Translations under genes and position numbers: made by a program
Part shown: positions 31,801-40,172 of the stretch, one piece after another
Position numbering within the stretch: position 1 is the first letter of the stretch
Layout of the letters: each line of letters starts with the position of its first letter
The notes under the pieces: generated by a model
Database searches by the model: none
The model's input: the letters and a program-made list of their open reading frames with translations, nothing else
Told to the model about the DNA's origin: nothing
Assembly: GCA_963666285.1 (NCBI GenBank)
Contig: OY762711.1
Length of the DNA stretch: 64,000 nt
Reading direction: 5' to 3' (one strand)
DNA from: Sedimentisphaerales bacterium
Lineage (GTDB): Bacteria; Planctomycetota; Phycisphaerae; Sedimentisphaerales; SM23-30

Positions 31801-33744
31801 TGAACCATCTGAATATAATTCCACCTGGCCGTGGGATGATGCAAATGTCCCGGGATTGGATACCGCAAAAGCATCACCATCAATATCAGAATCGTTAACC
31901 AGCAAACCATGCTCTACCGTAGCATTTAATTTGCTCCCTCGTTCTACCTGGTAATAATCATCTTCTGCCGCAGGGGCAGTATTTTTAGTTGTTATATATA
32001 CAACACCAGTATCATAACTATCATCATTATGATCGGTAACTGTATATATAAAATAGTCACTACCGGAATAGCTGCTGCCTGGTGTATAAACGAAAGAACC
32101 GTCAGCATACAATACAACATGCCCGTGGGCAGTAACCAATAAACCAGGATTAGAAACCGATAGATAATCTCCATCAGCATCAATATCGTTGCTTAATACA
32201 CCGTCAGCAGCATCCACTGTCAATTGCTGGATCTGGGTCAGTCGGTAATTGTCATCAACCGCTTCAGGAATATTATTTTCTGTTTGCGTACCATACGCAT
32301 AGCTATTTGCCAGCGAACTGTAATTTGCACCGGCCAGCAAAACAGCAAACTCATCACCTGCACTAAAGCCATATTCAGTCAATAAAATTGCTATTTCTGT
32401 ACTTGTTTCATAAGGGGCAAATTCAATAATTCCGGATTTCTGCACATAATCTTCCCCGGCAATTGCAGTCATATCATAAGTAGAATAATATACACTGGCA
32501 GTATTAGCTGTTGGCTGAGACAAGGTAACCGGAAATACCATTTCTGCGCCCTGGCTGCTGCTTCGAATGTACCCATCATTGATTTCAATAGAAGTTTCTG
32601 TGCCGCCCGCAACTAGACTGCTGGCATTATTAATAGTAGTAACTTCAGATATGTCATTATCACAATCTACAATTACCGTAATAGTATGATTACCCGGAGA
32701 AGCGGTCCATGCTCCCCTGCTTACTTCTGCAATTAGAGATACCTCCGGGTTTAAGATATCATATGGCTGAACAGTAGTAGTTAAACGCGTTTTTCCCAGG
32801 TCGTACTCAGAATCCATGCCATAATCGACAATAAACCTGACATTGAAATTCTCTGTAGTTCCACCTGTCCCAATATTATCAATATTGGCATAGAATGTTA
32901 CCTGCTGACCATCCATAGGATTTTCCGGCAGCCAGGATATCTCAGAAACCACTAAATCCGGATGTTCAACTGAAATCACATCAAAAACTTCATTGTTCCA
33001 TTCATTGATCTCATCTATCTCGTTAGCTGTATCAATAACAGCTTTAATTTCGGTAACATCATAATCCAATGTAAAACTATAAGTTTCGGTTTCCTTGATA
33101 GTCAGATCATTAACATCAAAATCACTTGTAATACGATCTGAACCAACGTGTGTCCAGCCGGTGCCGCGATTGACATACCAGCTGAGACTACAGTCACGAA
33201 CCGTACCGCCCGGTCCAAGGTTTTGCACGGTTGCGGTATACGTTATAGATTCACCTTTTATATTACTATTTTCTGTATGAGTCAATGATGTTACAGCAAG
33301 ATCAGCTTTAGGTATGGTAAACGACTCGGTTGCACTATTATTGTTCTCTGCTACCTCAAAGATGTCATCATTGATATCAATATTAACTTCAATATCAGGG
33401 AAATAACCTTGATAGATATAAGCCTTGGAAACCGTTATTTTTTCACCTGACGGAATATCTTTTGTTATCAGGAAACCCTGACCATTGGTCAGACTGGTAC
33501 CATTTGCCAGAAAATCAACATAAAAATCATCGGTTAGAGTCTCATCTCCAATATTATAGACATCTGTCATAATATTAATAACTTCGCCAACCTCCGGCGT
33601 ACCATTATCAAACCCTATAGGGCCATGAGTTAAGTCAACACTAAGCAGCAGCCGACTTTCTAATGAATCAAAAGCTAATTGAGTTTTTTTAAATAAAGGA
33701 ATATCTTCTCGATTAAATCTTTTAATAAGCTTAGATATCTTCAT
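28831..33744 (-). CDS. Large extracellular protein: LEPR-XLL leader, CARDB, Calx-beta, cadherin/Ig-like domains, FG-GAP/VCBS propeller
   Basis: LESRLLLS; DEINEWNN-type CARDB ends; TAIAGEDY; NDxDxDGD/DGSFVYTP; seven DLDNDGD repeats. Confidence 0.85.
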   Translation of the reverse strand: MKISKLIKRFNREDIPLFKKTQLAFDSLESRLLLSVDLTHGPIGFDNGTPEVGEVINIMTDVYNIGDETLTDDFYVDFLANGTSLTNGQGFLITKDIPSGEKITVSKAYIYQGYFPDIEVNIDINDDIFEVAENNNSATESFTIPKADLAVTSLTHTENSNIKGESITYTATVQNLGPGGTVRDCSLSWYVNRGTGWTHVGSDRITSDFDVNDLTIKETETYSFTLDYDVTEIKAVIDTANEIDEINEWNNEVFDVISVEHPDLVVSEISWLPENPMDGQQVTFYANIDNIGTGGTTENFNVRFIVDYGMDSEYDLGKTRLTTTVQPYDILNPEVSLIAEVSRGAWTASPGNHTITVIVDCDNDISEVTTINNASSLVAGGTETSIEINDGYIRSSSQGAEMVFPVTLSQPTANTASVYYSTYDMTAIAGEDYVQKSGIIEFAPYETSTEIAILLTEYGFSAGDEFAVLLAGANYSSLANSYAYGTQTENNIPEAVDDNYRLTQIQQLTVDAADGVLSNDIDADGDYLSVSNPGLLVTAHGHVVLYADGSFVYTPGSSYSGSDYFIYTVTDHNDDSYDTGVVYITTKNTAPAAEDDYYQVERGSKLNATVEHGLLVNDSDIDGDAFAVSNPGTFASSHGQVELYSDGSFVYAPDYGYVGLDSFTYTITDNVLSNTDSAVVYISVTEENQSPVTVPDIYIVSDNSTLNVSGSDGLLANDYDPENSPLSIIGAGQYNTNLGRLEVFSDGSFRYISDNNSFGVDIVTLSLEDQFSSFELTNQVDEPVSVYAADLDNDGDMDLLSVSYNDDMIAWYENNGNGSFSTQKVISYLADGARSVYAADLDNDGDIDVLSASYIDDKIAWYENDGDGNFSIQIIITDQAYAASSVYAADLDNDGDMDVLAASYDDNKIAWYENTGKGSFTAQNIITDQADGAYCVYSADLDNDGDMDVLSASFNDDKITWYENDGTGSFNVQVITYQADGARSVYAADLDNDGDMDVLSASSADDKIAWYENNGTGTFNIARTITYQADGARSVYAADYDNDGDIDVVSASYNDDKIAWYENDGNGDFSSEKIITDQANGAYCVFAADLNNDGGMDIIFAARNGDNIIISENKCYIPYAVSDSISSPSAASLTLIVPPSQDNPVESIPAVKTDTGIRQIVGDVNSVYVSLLSYQQPAHGIAALENGSLHYISDSGYTGLDSFEYTLLDMQGDKITLTAYVQVAYEKEVEVSPDNPYIFTDSNNNKVTVKVDSGIAKLYFSEDTNVDIGKMVVLPGVSYVQIITAKEANTSIQQMDIQANLASLKASGLVVDGVGIYGVGSVASLDIGYIVNDADIILTGSGDIPAKVQLNVFGDNDGFTNTIMLSSGISSIKVNAMESDAELVADTLGTISSNSYIKGMITVNGSIPVKSVKAKTSISDGTWNLNCDIGTVLAKNEIDNLKIANVDNVKSIKAQSISELDIYSAGLINTVKAVDDIRDIYFYSNEIGSIKTAGWLRDGSIYSGGNIKSIKCGGIDGVELLAGVESTDNLLDSVPEIYLDDNAEIRSILVTGKAVDANSISTLNSIIAAGNIKKASLGSVSIVGDDRLLIGAVSGNWNPQKVKVADPLNSSIKNLETLANSLIETGQSQAWFFLDVI
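30400..31410 (-). repeat. Seven tandem ~150-bp intragenic repeats (FG-GAP/VCBS units)
   Basis: Recurring A(A/S)D(L/Y)DNDGD(M/I)D...DDKIAWYEN at ~50-aa spacing, with visible DNA similarity between units. Confidence 0.85.
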
Positions 33745-33796
33745 TATTTACAACCTTTTACATTCAGAAATACATGTTCATAATAGTGCAGTTTCG

Positions 33797-33957
33797 CACT
33801 TTTGACTGTTCAGCATTATACGCAAAGGCCAGAACGGGGCCTTATGAATGAAAAACTTTATATTTAAGTGTATTTCCGAGCTAATTCACCAAAGTATATT
33901 TAATTCAAAGCGTTGCAGGAAGGCCCTTTTTGGCGATTTTTGCAACTTAAAAACTGC
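33797..33957. repeat. Dispersed bipartite intergenic repeat, copy 1
   Basis: Block A 33797-33856 matches 59513-59571 (48/60 by manual alignment); block B 33907-33957 matches 59632-59680 (first 23 nt identical). Confidence 0.8.
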
Positions 33958-34193
33958 AAAAATAAACTAATATATAAAGCACTTAAATAATGATATCGAC
34001 ATTAAAGCTCAATTTTAACTAGCAAAAATGCTAAATTGGTTCAAATTTGGCTGCGTTTGAGATAATCAGACAATAACATAAAGGCATTTAATATAATAGC
34101 GATAGAGAAAAATTTCTAAGAAACTAGATGCTATCCATTTTGCTTAAAAAAATGTCAGCAAATTAAATAAAGAGATAGTTATAAAAAAACACA

Positions 34194-34559
34194 GTGGGCC
34201 TGTAAGCCGGGTTCTGTATCCGCTAATAGCGGATGACGGTCATTTATCTAGATCGACAGTTACCTGCCGACTCCTGGTAAAACCAACGCGATCTACCCGA
34301 ATCTCAATGTGCCGGGCCGGCACTCGATTCTGCTTGATCTTGCAGGAGGTGGGGTTTACCATGCCGGAATCTGTCACCAGCTCCGCGGTGCGCTCTTACC
34401 GCACCATTTCAACCTTACCTGTGACCGAAGTCCATCGGCGGTGTATTTTCTGTTGCACTTTCCCTGGGGTCGCCCCCGGCGGCCGTTAACCGTCACCCTG
34501 CCCTGTCCTGCCCGGACTTTCCTCTGATATGCATGCATACCAGCGACCGTCCAGCCCAC
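34194..34559 (-). ncRNA. rnpB: RNase P RNA (bacterial type A)
   Basis: On the minus strand: GAGGAAAGTCCGGGC, GGAAAGTGCAACAGAA, GGTAAACCCC, ACAGAACCCGGCTTA; P1 GTGGGC/GCCCAC. Confidence 0.97.
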
Positions 34560-34578
34560 ATGTGTATATTTTTATTTA

Positions 34579-35145
34579 TCAATCGTCTTTTTCGCCAAAA
34601 ACATCAGCTGTAAATAGCAAAACCTCAGCCTCTGTATCTTTCCATGATTCCCATTGCAAACCGGCTTTCTGGGTACAGCAATAACCCAGAAACTCTTCTT
34701 TAGACCATCCTGTCTCTGTCGCTACCTGGGGCAAAAAACACCCTCCCTGATAACCATGCTTAATATAGATTCCATGTTTACCAAGTTCAAGAGCTAAAGG
34801 ATCATCGGTTTTTTCAAGCGGTGACAATACAGATATCTCGACATCTATTTCCGATAGTTCCGCAGGAGTGACCGGATTCATAACAAACCTGGAATCCCGG
34901 CAGGCAGCCTGAGCCATTTCGACAATAGTGTCAAGAAGCGATCCTCGCGGCATAAAATTGCCGATACAACCTCTCAACTGCCCGTGATTATGGATTGTTA
35001 CAAAGCACCCCCTGGACTCGTTAAAGACCGGGTCATCTGATTCGAAATTACTGACAGGCTCTCTCTTTATTGTCGATTCAATAACTTTTCTGGCAACTGA
35101 CAGCAGAGATTCTTTCTGCTTTTCTGAAAGGCTGTAATCAGACAT
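34579..35145 (-). CDS. AMMECR1 domain protein (AmmeMemoRadiSam protein A)
   Basis: GCFVTI, LRGCIG, DSRF, EISVLSP, FLPQVATE. Confidence 0.92.
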   Translation of the reverse strand: MSDYSLSEKQKESLLSVARKVIESTIKREPVSNFESDDPVFNESRGCFVTIHNHGQLRGCIGNFMPRGSLLDTIVEMAQAACRDSRFVMNPVTPAELSEIDVEISVLSPLEKTDDPLALELGKHGIYIKHGYQGGCFLPQVATETGWSKEEFLGYCCTQKAGLQWESWKDTEAEVLLFTADVFGEKDD

Positions 35146-35174
35146 AATAGAACTCCAAATGTATTTAAGTTAAC

Positions 35175-36170
35175 CTAATCCAATACCTTTAAAGCAAGTA
35201 CATCCTGTACATCAATTAAGCCTACCGGCCTGTGATTCTGGTCTACAACAGGAATTTCGTCTATCCTTCTTTTCTTGAATATAGCCATTGCCTCACTGGC
35301 AAGCGTTTCCGGAGTAACAACAATCGGATTTTTTGTCATAAGCTCTGCAACTGGTAAATCGTGTATTTTCTGCTGCTGATTTTCGATACCTCTTCGTAGA
35401 TCTCCATCAGTAAGAATACCTGCCAACCTTCCTTCACCGTCAACAAGCATTATACAGCCATGTCTGATGCCGACAATCTTTTCAGACTGAACCAGAGCCT
35501 GCTGGACCGTACACCCTTCGGCTGCAACAGGCAGTTTTTTACCTCTATTGAATAAGGCGGCCTGCTCAACTGTTATCAACTGACGGCCAAGAGCTCCGCC
35601 TGGATGGAATTTTGCATAATCTTCCCTCTGGAAATCACGCAGCTTCATAATTGCAAGGGCCAAAGCATCGCCCGCTGCAAGCATACAGGTCGTACTTGTA
35701 CTAGGTGCCAGCCCAAGCGGGCAAGCCTCTGTAAAATCTCCAAGCCATAGGGTTATGTCACTATACTGAGCCAATGGTGAACCCCTGTCGCCTGTCATTC
35801 CAACAATAAAGATATCCAGCTGTTTTAGATGCTCAATCAGAGTAACTATCTCTCCACTGGAACCACTATAGCTTAAAACAAAGACGATATCATCAGCTCT
35901 GACCCGTCCCAGATCGCCATGTATAGCTTCGGCAGCATGAAGGAAAAAACTGGGCGTACCAGTTGAGGCCAGGGTAGCAGAGATTTTTTCTCCAACTATA
36001 CCGGCTTTACCAATACCAGAGATTACAATGTTTCCTTCACATTTAAGAATTTTTTCAACAGCTTGAACATAAGAACTATCTACCACATCTGCCAGTGCTT
36101 TTACTGCCCTGGACTCATGCGTTAATAGTTCCTGTAATTCCTGAATTATCTGTTCTGATTGTATTTCCAT
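35175..36170 (-). CDS. kdsD: KpsF/GutQ family arabinose-5-phosphate isomerase (SIS + CBS)
   Basis: GIGKAG, STGTP, EAIHGDLG, APSTST, FHPGGALG, C-terminal CBS pair. Confidence 0.9.
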   Translation of the reverse strand: MEIQSEQIIQELQELLTHESRAVKALADVVDSSYVQAVEKILKCEGNIVISGIGKAGIVGEKISATLASTGTPSFFLHAAEAIHGDLGRVRADDIVFVLSYSGSSGEIVTLIEHLKQLDIFIVGMTGDRGSPLAQYSDITLWLGDFTEACPLGLAPSTSTTCMLAAGDALALAIMKLRDFQREDYAKFHPGGALGRQLITVEQAALFNRGKKLPVAAEGCTVQQALVQSEKIVGIRHGCIMLVDGEGRLAGILTDGDLRRGIENQQQKIHDLPVAELMTKNPIVVTPETLASEAMAIFKKRRIDEIPVVDQNHRPVGLIDVQDVLALKVLD

Positions 36171-36479
36171 ATATATCAAACTAAATAGAGGTTATATAAG
36201 TCTTTATATTACAAATGTTATTACAAATTCCAAATCTGAATTATATCAAAATATCCAGCTATTTAAAGCGGAAAATACAATATGTGTTTTCTCCGTAAAT
36301 ATATTTATATTATAAGTTTGACTTATTGTAGCATTATGCTTAAATTAGTGGACTATTAACTGGATTTCTGAGGAGGCTTAGTTGGAAAGCCAAATCTATT
36401 TGAATATAATCAAGACAAATTCAGGTTGATAGCACGCCGTGTTTTTTTTTACGATCCAACATGAGAAATGAAGATATAA

Positions 36480-37556
36480 GTGTCAAAACTGCCAACTTTA
36501 TCCATAGGAAACCTAAAAGTCAACCCACCGATTATTCAAGGTGGAATGGGTGTAAGAATATCACTCTCAAATCTTGCCAGTGCTGTAGCCAATCAAGGTT
36601 GCGTAGGTGTAATAGCAACTGCAGGCATTGGCAGCCAGGTAACCATACCAGGAAAAAGCTATACAGAGCTTAACAAAGAAGCACTGAAAAATGAGATACG
36701 AAATGCCAGAAAACAGACGTCAGGCATAATCGGCGTTAACATTATGACCGCCCTGACTGACTACGAAATGCTGGCTAGAACTGCTGCTGAGGAAGGTGCA
36801 GATATAATTATTTCAGGTGCCGGACTTCCGCTGGATCTGCCGCAATATGTTGGTAATTCAGACGTTAAGTTAATTCCGATCATCTCTTCCGTAAGAGCTC
36901 TAAAAATTATCTGTAAAAAATGGCAAAATAGTTACAATAAAACACCTGATGCTGTTATAATTGAAGGGCCGGCAGCCGGAGGACATCTGGGTTATAAATT
37001 CGAAGATGTCCAGGATGACAAGGCGATGTCCCTCGAAGATATACTTGCCGAGGTATTGCCATTTACTAGAAGTTTCACACCTGAAATACCTGTTATTGTT
37101 GCTGGCGGCATATTTGACGGTGCTGATATCGCCCATTTTCTTAGTCTGGGCGCTTCAGGCGTTCAAATGGCAACTAGGTTTGTCTGCACACACGAATGTG
37201 ATGCAGATGAGGAATTTAAAAAAGCTTACATCAATGCTGGAAAAGAAGACATTACGCTGATTAAAAGCCCTGTAGGAATGCCGGGCAAAGTAATAAACAG
37301 TCAATTTGTCAAAGAAATTAAAACAGGAAAAAAAGTGCCCTTTAAGTGTCAGTACAAATGCTTAAAGAGCTGTGATTACAAAGAAGCCCCATATTGCATT
37401 GCTGAAGTTCTACTAAACGCTGCTGTCGGAAAGCTGGACCAAGGATTTGCTTTTGCCGGCTCTAAAGTATATAAATGTAACGAGATAATCTCTGTTGAAG
37501 AGCTCGTGAATAAAATTAAAGACGAGTATGATCAGGAAATAAAGCGTTTAGGATGA
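36480..37556 (+). CDS. Nitronate monooxygenase/FabK-like flavoprotein with Cys cluster
   Basis: PIIQGGMGV, SGAGLP, EGPAAGGH, VQMATRF, CQYKCLKSC..YCI. Confidence 0.88.
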   Translation: MSKLPTLSIGNLKVNPPIIQGGMGVRISLSNLASAVANQGCVGVIATAGIGSQVTIPGKSYTELNKEALKNEIRNARKQTSGIIGVNIMTALTDYEMLARTAAEEGADIIISGAGLPLDLPQYVGNSDVKLIPIISSVRALKIICKKWQNSYNKTPDAVIIEGPAAGGHLGYKFEDVQDDKAMSLEDILAEVLPFTRSFTPEIPVIVAGGIFDGADIAHFLSLGASGVQMATRFVCTHECDADEEFKKAYINAGKEDITLIKSPVGMPGKVINSQFVKEIKTGKKVPFKCQYKCLKSCDYKEAPYCIAEVLLNAAVGKLDQGFAFAGSKVYKCNEIISVEELVNKIKDEYDQEIKRLG

Positions 37557-37683
37557 GTGTCACGTTGACCCCTCAAGATTGCGTTTAATTTCACCTGAAA
37601 AAGGCGGTTCTGCCACTTTCTTATATGGCCTGGAAAGTACTTTATTTATTAAGGCCGAAAAATACCCTACATGGAGAGCTATT

Positions 37684-38043
37684 ATGGGTAAGAAACTGTA
37701 TGTTGGTAATTTGAGTTATAGTATTAATGAGGGCGACCTGGAATCATTGTTTAGTGAACATGGCACAGTTGAAAGCGTTAACATCATTACAGATCGTGAG
37801 ACAGGCAGAAGCAAAGGCTTTGGCTTTGTCGAAATGAGTAACGATAGTGAAGCTGAAGCAGCGACATCAGCTCTAGACGGTAAAGAATGCGACGGCCGTC
37901 CCCTTAAAGTAAATGAAGCCAAACCACAGGAAAGACGTAGTGGTGGCGGCGGCGGTGGTCGTGGTGGTCGCGGCGGTTTCGGCGGCGGTGGTCGCGGTGG
38001 TCGCGGTGGTTACGGCGGCGGCGGTGGCCGTGGCGGTTACTAA
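37684..38043 (+). CDS. RRM RNA-binding protein with Gly/Arg-rich tail
   Basis: RNP2 LYVGNL, RNP1 KGFGFVEM, RGG tail; GGAG SD before ATG 37684. Confidence 0.95.
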   Translation: MGKKLYVGNLSYSINEGDLESLFSEHGTVESVNIITDRETGRSKGFGFVEMSNDSEAEAATSALDGKECDGRPLKVNEAKPQERRSGGGGGGRGGRGGFGGGGRGGRGGYGGGGGRGGY

Positions 38044-38060
38044 GCCAATAACATATAATT

Positions 38061-38096
38061 AAAAAGGCCCTTACTTTTCAGTAAGGGCTTTTTTTT
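38061..38096 (+). terminator. Rho-independent terminator
   Basis: GCCCTTAC-TTTTCA-GTAAGGGC followed by a T run and preceded by an A run. Confidence 0.85.
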
Positions 38097-38235
38097 AGTT
38101 TATCACAAACAATCATTCAATTGTAAATACCAAAAATTCAATGCCTAATCAGCACTATAATGGTGACATTCACAGATATCATTCACAACAATTGAATTTC
38201 ATTTATCCTGCTGCTTCCTTACTTCTCCCTATCCA

Positions 38236-40149
38236 TCAATTTACTACTGATATATCAATGTTCTGACCAATAAGATAAATTGGAGCAGTAGACAACTTGA
38301 ATCTATCCTGGTCAATTTCAATTCTATTACCAAACAGATCGTAAGCTTCAGTAACTTTCCCTTTAACTTTGAACCTGATACCATCCTGCTCTACAGTCGA
38401 CCATAGACTAAATACTTTTTTACCATCAGGCCTTACCCAGCCTGGATAGTATATATTTCCAGTATGCCAGTCATTTTCTATTGCCTCAGCTTCGGCAGGT
38501 ACCATCGTACTTAGAACCTTAAACGTCTTATACGCTGGTTTTGCACTCAAGTCATTATGAATAATACCAAAATTGTCTTCGTTATAATACGGATTATTTT
38601 CATGAGCTCTCAAATTATACCAGAATATACTATCAACGCCGGAACGCATTGAGATCATATATGTCCTTGGCAATATCTCTGCCTGATCCGCTTCCGATAC
38701 ACCCTTGGCATTAACATCAATTGACGATAATATTACACCACCCTTTAAGTCACTGTCTAAATCTATTACCGCTGCGACTGTTCCGGTAAATTCTCCCTCT
38801 GACGCCTGGACAATCGGCACAAATTTATCACCATCTTTTAACCTGGAGCCAGTAAAGAAACGGCCAACAGACGGTATATCACCAGGAAGCTTTAACTTTT
38901 TAGAAAACTGGTCCGCTGTATATAACTTTTTCGCCCTTTCCGGCACACCCTGCTCAAACCACCATGCCTTCCAGCCAATATGAAGCCTGTCTTTATAACT
39001 ATTATCCGTATTACTGGTTTCCCATCTACCTTCGGCATTTTTACTGGCAGTATAATACAAAGGCACTCCCTGCGAAAAGACAACTATCCCACCTTCTTTC
39101 ACATATCTTTCTATTGAATCAAACAGCCCCAGCGGGATACTTTCATCATGCGGCAGCATAAAAACATGATATTCATCAGGAGAAATTGACTTCAAATGCT
39201 CAATATCCAGATAAGATACCTGACCGGTTCCCGGCAGCATACCTTTAAGATCGCTTTTTGATAGCATTACCTTTGACGGGTAATCCGGCTCGGCAAAAAC
39301 TGCCAGATTCCAACTGGTCTTTTCCGGATGCAAATATTCCAAACCACACCGCACAATACCGGCCAATGTTTCTGTGCGGTTCTTATGCGTTGGCCAGCCA
39401 ATCTCTGTTATCCAGACAGGTTTGCCATCATCTCCGTATTTAGCCATCAACTCACGCAGTTTATCCAGATCTTCTTCCAAAGATGCATTTTCCGGGTATT
39501 TGGGATATCGATAAGGATGAACTACCATAATATCAAAATAATCAGCAGCTCCAGCCTTATAAACACCCTCAATATAGCTATATGGTATGCCGGAAAATCC
39601 GGAAATCAGAACTGTCAAATCCGGATCGATCTTTTTAATTTCATCATATGTTGCTTTTAATAAAATTGCATACTCTGCCGGGTTTGGCTTATTATACCAG
39701 AAACCTGCGCCATCCGGCTCATTCCAAACCTCCCAGTATCTCATATTATCCTTATATCGTGTCACCGTCCTGCGAACATACTCCAGCCACTCATCCAGAT
39801 GCTTAAAAGCAGGTGACGCCCAAGGCACATCATAATCCAGGATCGGCAATATTTTGACTCCCGCCCGCTCGGCCTTTGCCACTGTTGCATCCAGTTTAGA
39901 AAAATCCCAACTGCCGTCTTTCCGCTGCACTCCCGACCAGTCAAAATCAGTCCTTACCCAGTCAATCCCGGCATCATTCATAATTTCCAGCTGCCTGCCG
40001 GTTAGATCGTATTCACTTTGCCTTGATATATGGGCACATATACCGTATGGTGATATATTATCAGCTGCCATCAATAATCCGGAACTAATAAAAACACAAA
40101 TCAAAACGATCAATAACAAATTACTTTTTTTCATAAAATGTCTCTTCAT
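38236..40149 (-). CDS. Secreted clan GH-A glycoside hydrolase (GH39/GH5-like) with an inserted domain
   Basis: Signal peptide, WVRTDFDW, WEVWNEPD, HPY, WITEIGW, FWY. Confidence 0.8.
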   Translation of the reverse strand: MKRHFMKKSNLLLIVLICVFISSGLLMAADNISPYGICAHISRQSEYDLTGRQLEIMNDAGIDWVRTDFDWSGVQRKDGSWDFSKLDATVAKAERAGVKILPILDYDVPWASPAFKHLDEWLEYVRRTVTRYKDNMRYWEVWNEPDGAGFWYNKPNPAEYAILLKATYDEIKKIDPDLTVLISGFSGIPYSYIEGVYKAGAADYFDIMVVHPYRYPKYPENASLEEDLDKLRELMAKYGDDGKPVWITEIGWPTHKNRTETLAGIVRCGLEYLHPEKTSWNLAVFAEPDYPSKVMLSKSDLKGMLPGTGQVSYLDIEHLKSISPDEYHVFMLPHDESIPLGLFDSIERYVKEGGIVVFSQGVPLYYTASKNAEGRWETSNTDNSYKDRLHIGWKAWWFEQGVPERAKKLYTADQFSKKLKLPGDIPSVGRFFTGSRLKDGDKFVPIVQASEGEFTGTVAAVIDLDSDLKGGVILSSIDVNAKGVSEADQAEILPRTYMISMRSGVDSIFWYNLRAHENNPYYNEDNFGIIHNDLSAKPAYKTFKVLSTMVPAEAEAIENDWHTGNIYYPGWVRPDGKKVFSLWSTVEQDGIRFKVKGKVTEAYDLFGNRIEIDQDRFKLSTAPIYLIGQNIDISVVN

Positions 40150-40172
40150 ATAAAATTGCCTGCAACCTGATT

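Noticed and set aside
33805..33830. dif-like Xer site within repeat block A (minus strand TTTGCGTATAA)
   Set aside because: Only one arm resembles dif; no XerD arm at the 6-bp spacing.
34307..34559. Short ORFs on both strands
   Set aside because: They overlap rnpB and are spurious.
36368..36395. Hammerhead ribozyme (CTGAGGA-stem-AAA)
   Set aside because: The required GAAA after stem II is absent (CCAAA) and no cleavage-site stems were found.
37940..38040. GGC/GGT-rich low-complexity tract
   Set aside because: It encodes the ordinary Gly/Arg tail of the RRM protein.
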